Assembly (NCBI GenBank): GCA_964016885.1
Contig: OZ024748.1
Span: 46,686,001 to 46,750,000 of the forward strand
DNA length: 64,000 bases
Direction of reading: 5' to 3'
Source of the DNA: Eledone cirrhosa
Lineage: Eukaryota
The notes beneath the pieces were generated by a model. It searched no databases. It saw nothing but the letters and a program-made list of their open reading frames with translations, and was not told the DNA's origin. A program made the translations under genes and the position numbers. Shown in pieces: positions 58,531-64,000 of the stretch (its first letter is position 1; each line of letters begins with the position of its first letter).

Positions 58531-59026
58531 ATAAATATAATTTAGCGAGAATCGCATTTCGGCGAGTAGAAATTAGCGAAAAGCAACTTCCGATTTGTGT
58601 TGGCAAGCGCTCAATGGATAGGAATATTCCAGAGCGATAAACATACGTTAAAAAGGCCATACAAACTGAGACGATGGTTAACCCATTAACCACCAAGCCC
58701 CCAAAAGCGAGCTAGCCTATCGGGTCAAATAAAATAAGATGTGGTTGAAATATTTACCCGGACCATACGGAAATTATGTAAAAGCCAATAGAGGCTTTCT
58801 GCGACACCTAAATCATAATACTGTCTGCTTAAAAAAAAAAAAAATAATAAGCTTTTGGTATGATGATCGAACAAGGATATCACTTTTTCAACAGGTATTT
58901 TGTTCTGCGCAAGGCTTCGAATCTCACAGTGTTCTGAGAGCACATGTGGACTCCAAAGGGTAGAAAACCCCTAGTTTTTGCAAATGAATTCAGTATGTGT
59001 CGATATTGCAAAATAGCAAAAATATC
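58531..59026 (+). mobile_element. Structured unit, partial copy B (domain V/VI-like at 58919-58974)
   Basis: Colinear with 44954-45440 and flanked by (TA)n. Confidence 0.8.
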
Positions 59027-59038
59027 ATATATATATTT

Positions 59039-59070
<32 letters not shown>

Positions 59071-59372
59071 CACAGTTCAAGAGTAACCAATCTTAAAGAG
59101 AGAGATGGAGATAGGAGGGGAGAAGAGAGATTGGTGAATTATTTAGAAGCCAAAGCGTAAAGGCATGTGCTCAATGTGCAATATGCAGTGGAAGGCAGCT
59201 ACGCGGCTGGATTCATGCAGAGGTTATGTGCACAGAGCTGGAAATATTCATTAGTTAAGCAAAACAAGAATACAAATTTCACAAGGAAGACATTATTAAA
59301 AGATTGTCAACATATTTTAGTTTGATGTAAGGAATGCAGAGAATAATAATAATATTAATAATAATAATGTCC

Positions 59373-59491
59373 GTTTACAATTGTTTCGCTACTCCATATA
59401 ATATTTCTGGATCAGATGACTATATATCATAATTGATCTGGTTCAGTTGAAAATAATTAACTTAGGTAAAATTAGAGCAGCTCATCGGAAC
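59373..59491 (-). ncRNA. Type I hammerhead motif in PLE 3' region (core CCGAUGA, enlarged stem II)
   Basis: GUU-CCGAUGA-GCUGCUCU...GGAGUAGC-GAAAC-AAUU-GUA-AAC. Confidence 0.7.
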
Positions 59492-59866
59492 TTCAAAAGG
59501 AATATAAATTAAAATAAGGAAAGTATGTTACATGAATGTAATATTCCATATATTGGTATTTCACTATAGTGTCCTGGGTATACCTATTGTCTGCCATAGT
59601 GGAACAGTATTCTTCTGTCGAGGCTGCATTGTGTGAGTCTGCCTATGGGTAACAAGATGGCCGCGAATGGACATATTTACCTTACTAATTAGAGGGTGGT
59701 TTTCAGGGGAAGTAACTCTTCGAGAGATTAGAAATTTTGCGTAGTTTATAGTTAAGAAGTACTAATTTTTTAATTGAGAGACAATGTAAGGGAGGTAACT
59801 TATAATTATCTAAGTTAGCTCTAACTATTTAACTTATTAGCTACAAGTAAAAATGGGGCTAGATGA

Positions 59867-60872
59867 CTATGTTGAGTCAAATATTCTGTTGACGAAGGAA
59901 TTAGCCCTTCGATGTTGACAGCTAATAGTTACCTCCGTTCTATCGTTGATCGGTAGAGGTCGTGATAGAGTTATGTAATATGCTTCGGTAAGACAGAGGT
60001 CACAAGAGGTTCTTCGTCCATTGGACGATTGGGCCCTAACCAAGATATCCCATGTTAGTGAGTGTTCAATGTTGGTTAGTTTAAGATTGTTAATGAGCCT
60101 AGCTAGAGATGTCGAACATCTGTTGATAGGGTCTCGGAAGGAAAAAGAGTGCGCGTTATAGCGTACCTTAAAAGGGTTAGAGGTAGAGCCGATATAGGAG
60201 CTGGTATACGAAGCAGTTTTAACTGTGCACCTATAAACTGTATTGGGTGTCAGGCAATGTCCATTTAGTGGGCATGCATTAGGGTAACGGCAGTTGCAGT
60301 TACTTCTGCGGTTAGTGAGAGTAGGGTTGTTTAAACTAAGCGGTTGTTTAGTGCTAGAAGGATTAGATGGGGGAGGTGTTCTACTAGAGTATGTATTTGT
60401 GTAGTGGCGTGGTGTATTTGATGGGGGTGGTGGTACCGCGGTGTGGGAGTTATACTGTCTTACTTTATGGTGGTTACTGAATGCGATGTGGCTAGCTAGG
60501 TTAGGTGTTGTGGAGAATGAGATGTTAATGTTGTTTTTATTAAAGAGTTTGTAATATCTATGGTTGTGGGGAAATGTTTAGATATGATAGAGAAGAAGCG
60601 TTTATATTAGTGGCTAGATTAGATGAGAATGGGGTGTTACGCCAGGGGATATTTATAGGCCTATTCCTTCTAGGGATTCTAGTGGAGTTGGTAGGGCCCT
60701 TTATAGGGTTATTATTACCTGGGCATTTGTTATTTGTCATCCCATTGCTCATTCCTATTCTAGGGTTGATTTTTAGCTTGCTACTTGGAGTGGGAAGCAG
60801 GTCACTGCCACCATTAAGGTTCCCTGTATAGGTGCTGTTACTGCTAAAATTTCGGCGGATCTGGCTATATGC
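59867..60872 (-). pseudogene. Penelope-like element 3' ORF remnant: RT thumb/linker and GIY-YIG endonuclease
   Basis: Manual translation gives IPWRNTPFS..., CNCRYPNACPLNGHCLTPNTVYRCTV..YIGSTSNPFKVRYNAH, CDLCLTE and INDRTEVTISCQH. Frameshifts and stops are present. Confidence 0.85.
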
Positions 60873-60877
60873 TAAGG

Positions 60878-61920
<1,043 letters not shown>

Positions 61921-61944
61921 TTCGATAAGAACATAACATCCGTG

Positions 61945-62039
61945 ATTTCAGCAATAGGGAGGAGTAGTTGGCTTTGATAAGCTTCAATAAATGCACAAAC
62001 AAGGCCTTGTCAGCTTTATCTCCCCCTGTTTGCTGAAAT
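61945..62039 (+). ncRNA. Decayed type I hammerhead with extended stem I
   Basis: AUUUCAGCAA..AGGGAGGAG..GGCU-UUGAUAA-GC..GC-aCAAA-CAAGGCCUUG-UC-AGCU..CUCCCCCU..UUGCUGAAAU. G12 is lost. Confidence 0.5.
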
Positions 62040-62223
62040 TAATGTAAGTGAGTCTGTCACTACTCTAAAACAATAGCATAAGGTCTTCAAAATGCTTTAA
62101 ATTAAGCATAAAGTGTATTGCAAAATACACTATATATACATTCATATACATATGGCTATTTCAGAACACCAATTCTAATTTATAAATATATATATATATA
62201 TAAATATATATAAATATATTTAA

Positions 62224-62254
<31 letters not shown>

Positions 62255-62357
62255 AATATATAAATGCATATATATATAAATAATATATATATAAATAAAT
62301 ATAAATATAAATAAATATAAATATATATATATATAATATATATATATTTATAATATA

Positions 62358-62398
<41 letters not shown>

Positions 62399-62530
62399 GT
62401 GAGGTTTATTTTTTTACAAAATGAAAAATACCCGAGGTGCCCTACATGAGTGAAAGTATAAAGAAAAAATGATGAAATCGAAATTGCAACTGGAGTCTTA
62501 TTTAAAAAAAATATATATATTTATTTGGTT

Positions 62531-62566
62531 CTTTACCGGTTTCGCACTTCTTCTGCTTTTCATAAG
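62531..62566 (-). ncRNA. Decayed minimal hammerhead
   Basis: CUU-AUGAAAA (vs CUGAAGA)-GCA-gaagaag-UGC-GAAAC-CG-GUA-AAG. Two core mutations. Confidence 0.45.
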
Positions 62567-62727
62567 TAGAGTTGAGATGCAGGGTCTGTGGTTTTTCTCA
62601 CATTTGATTGGTCTCTGAATGTTACTTGTTTTATACAGAAAAAAAGTGGCTCGCGATGCCAGGTCTTTAGAGAAGTAATTTGATTGGTTGGTCAATAATT
62701 ATCATAAATTTCGCGCCAGTATATACA

Positions 62728-62940
62728 AACCAGCTGCATACAGCCAAAATTCCCTCACCGGTTCCGGCCTCAAATTGACAATAACCGGGCACTCATACCG
62801 ACGTTAAAATATTGTTCTCAAAATATATAATTTCAAAATCTCATAGATTCGATATTATGTGGGACATTTATGTGAGGTAAAGCCTTTACCGCGAAAAATG
62901 CAGTAGTAAATATAGAGTAATGTAAATGCTAAATGGATAA
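62728..62940. mobile_element. Degenerate copy of the piggyBac-like MITE
   Basis: Shares TATTGTTCTCAAAATA...ATCTCATAGATTCGATATTATGTGGGA and the right end ATGCTAAA with 53861-54074. Confidence 0.6.
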
Positions 62941-64000
62941 GGGTATTCCTGGCAGTGGGATGCTGAGCCATATGCATGTTAAGATCTCGTTTAGTCTGTT
63001 CTATTGATCAACAAGATGGAACACACACCATTGAATTATATTTCATATATGTCAGAAAATTACCTCAGCATGAAATTAAAATTAAACTACAATAAACAAA
63101 ACACATATCTCAAACACAAACCCTAAATTACAAATCTAAAACCACTTGTTGATGGAGAAATCGATAGATCTTGGGTGAAAACGATTAACACTTATTAGTT
63201 ATCTCTCGTTATGTTTTAATTTTTAATCCTGTTCTAGTCAGTCTTGTCTTCTTTCATCTTCCTTGGATCGATACTATAACTAATAATCAAAAACTGTGTT
63301 GATTTAATCGATCAAGCCATGCCGCAATATTTGTGGTGCATTATGTCAATGATAAAAATCAATATTTTTAAACTTTTAAATATTTAATATAAATTTGTCA
63401 GGAAATCATCGAATTTTTGTTGTTGTTAGTGTTGCTGCTTAGACCTTGATCACACATGGTCGAAGAAAACTATGATTAAAGCTATTCCAACCGTGACAAT
63501 CTTGTAATTTTTCGAATAGAGTGTACATAGAGCTATTTTATTTAAGTGGTAACATGTTATCTGTTTTTTTTTTTTTTATATATATTTATTTAAGGACAGT
63601 TGATTGTGATTTGTGAGGTTCTTACTGTTATTTCTAGCTATTTACACAACTGAGGAGAGGTCGTGTGTCGTTTGACAGAAAGTCGAAGAGAAATGACTCA
63701 TACGGTTTTTTAATTGCTTGCCAAAATTCCTGATGTGGAATCGTGTGTTGAAACGGATATTATTTCACATTTGTCGAGGCGTGGTGGCGACGTTCATTAC
63801 AAAACACACGCACTAGTATTACTCACTTCCAGTTATTTAGATTATTAATTAATTAATCAATTCATAAATGCATTTTTTCAAAGTTCTGAGAGATAAACAG
63901 GAAGCATGAAATGAATTTTGATAAAGACGTGGTGGAGCGATATATAGCCATGGATTAATCAGATAATGTGACGAAAAAAAGTTTAGTAAACCAATTAATC

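Overview
Animal nuclear DNA, probably from an octopod cephalopod (inferred from the tRNA-derived SINE family and the extreme (TA)n/(CA)n content). No intact host gene is visible. Bases 1-35555 are two arrays of a 30/28-bp minisatellite separated by a ~1.1-kb flank and a 200-N gap. Both arrays end in that same flank, so this is probably a haplotype duplicate. Bases 35.6-64 kb are a mosaic of SINEs, RTE and Dong/R4 LINE pieces, two Penelope-like (PLE) fragments, a piggyBac-like MITE and microsatellites. Two things stand out. (1) There are at least eight type I hammerhead ribozyme motifs, intact to decayed, mostly near (TA)n. (2) There are three divergent insertions of a ~600-630-nt non-coding unit with many position-conserved hairpins; two of them are longer than one unit and head-to-tail. 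The unit contains a group II intron-like domain V/domain VI signature, so it is a candidate group II-like ribozyme mobile element in an animal nuclear genome. All RNA folds were made by eye and need covariance-model confirmation.
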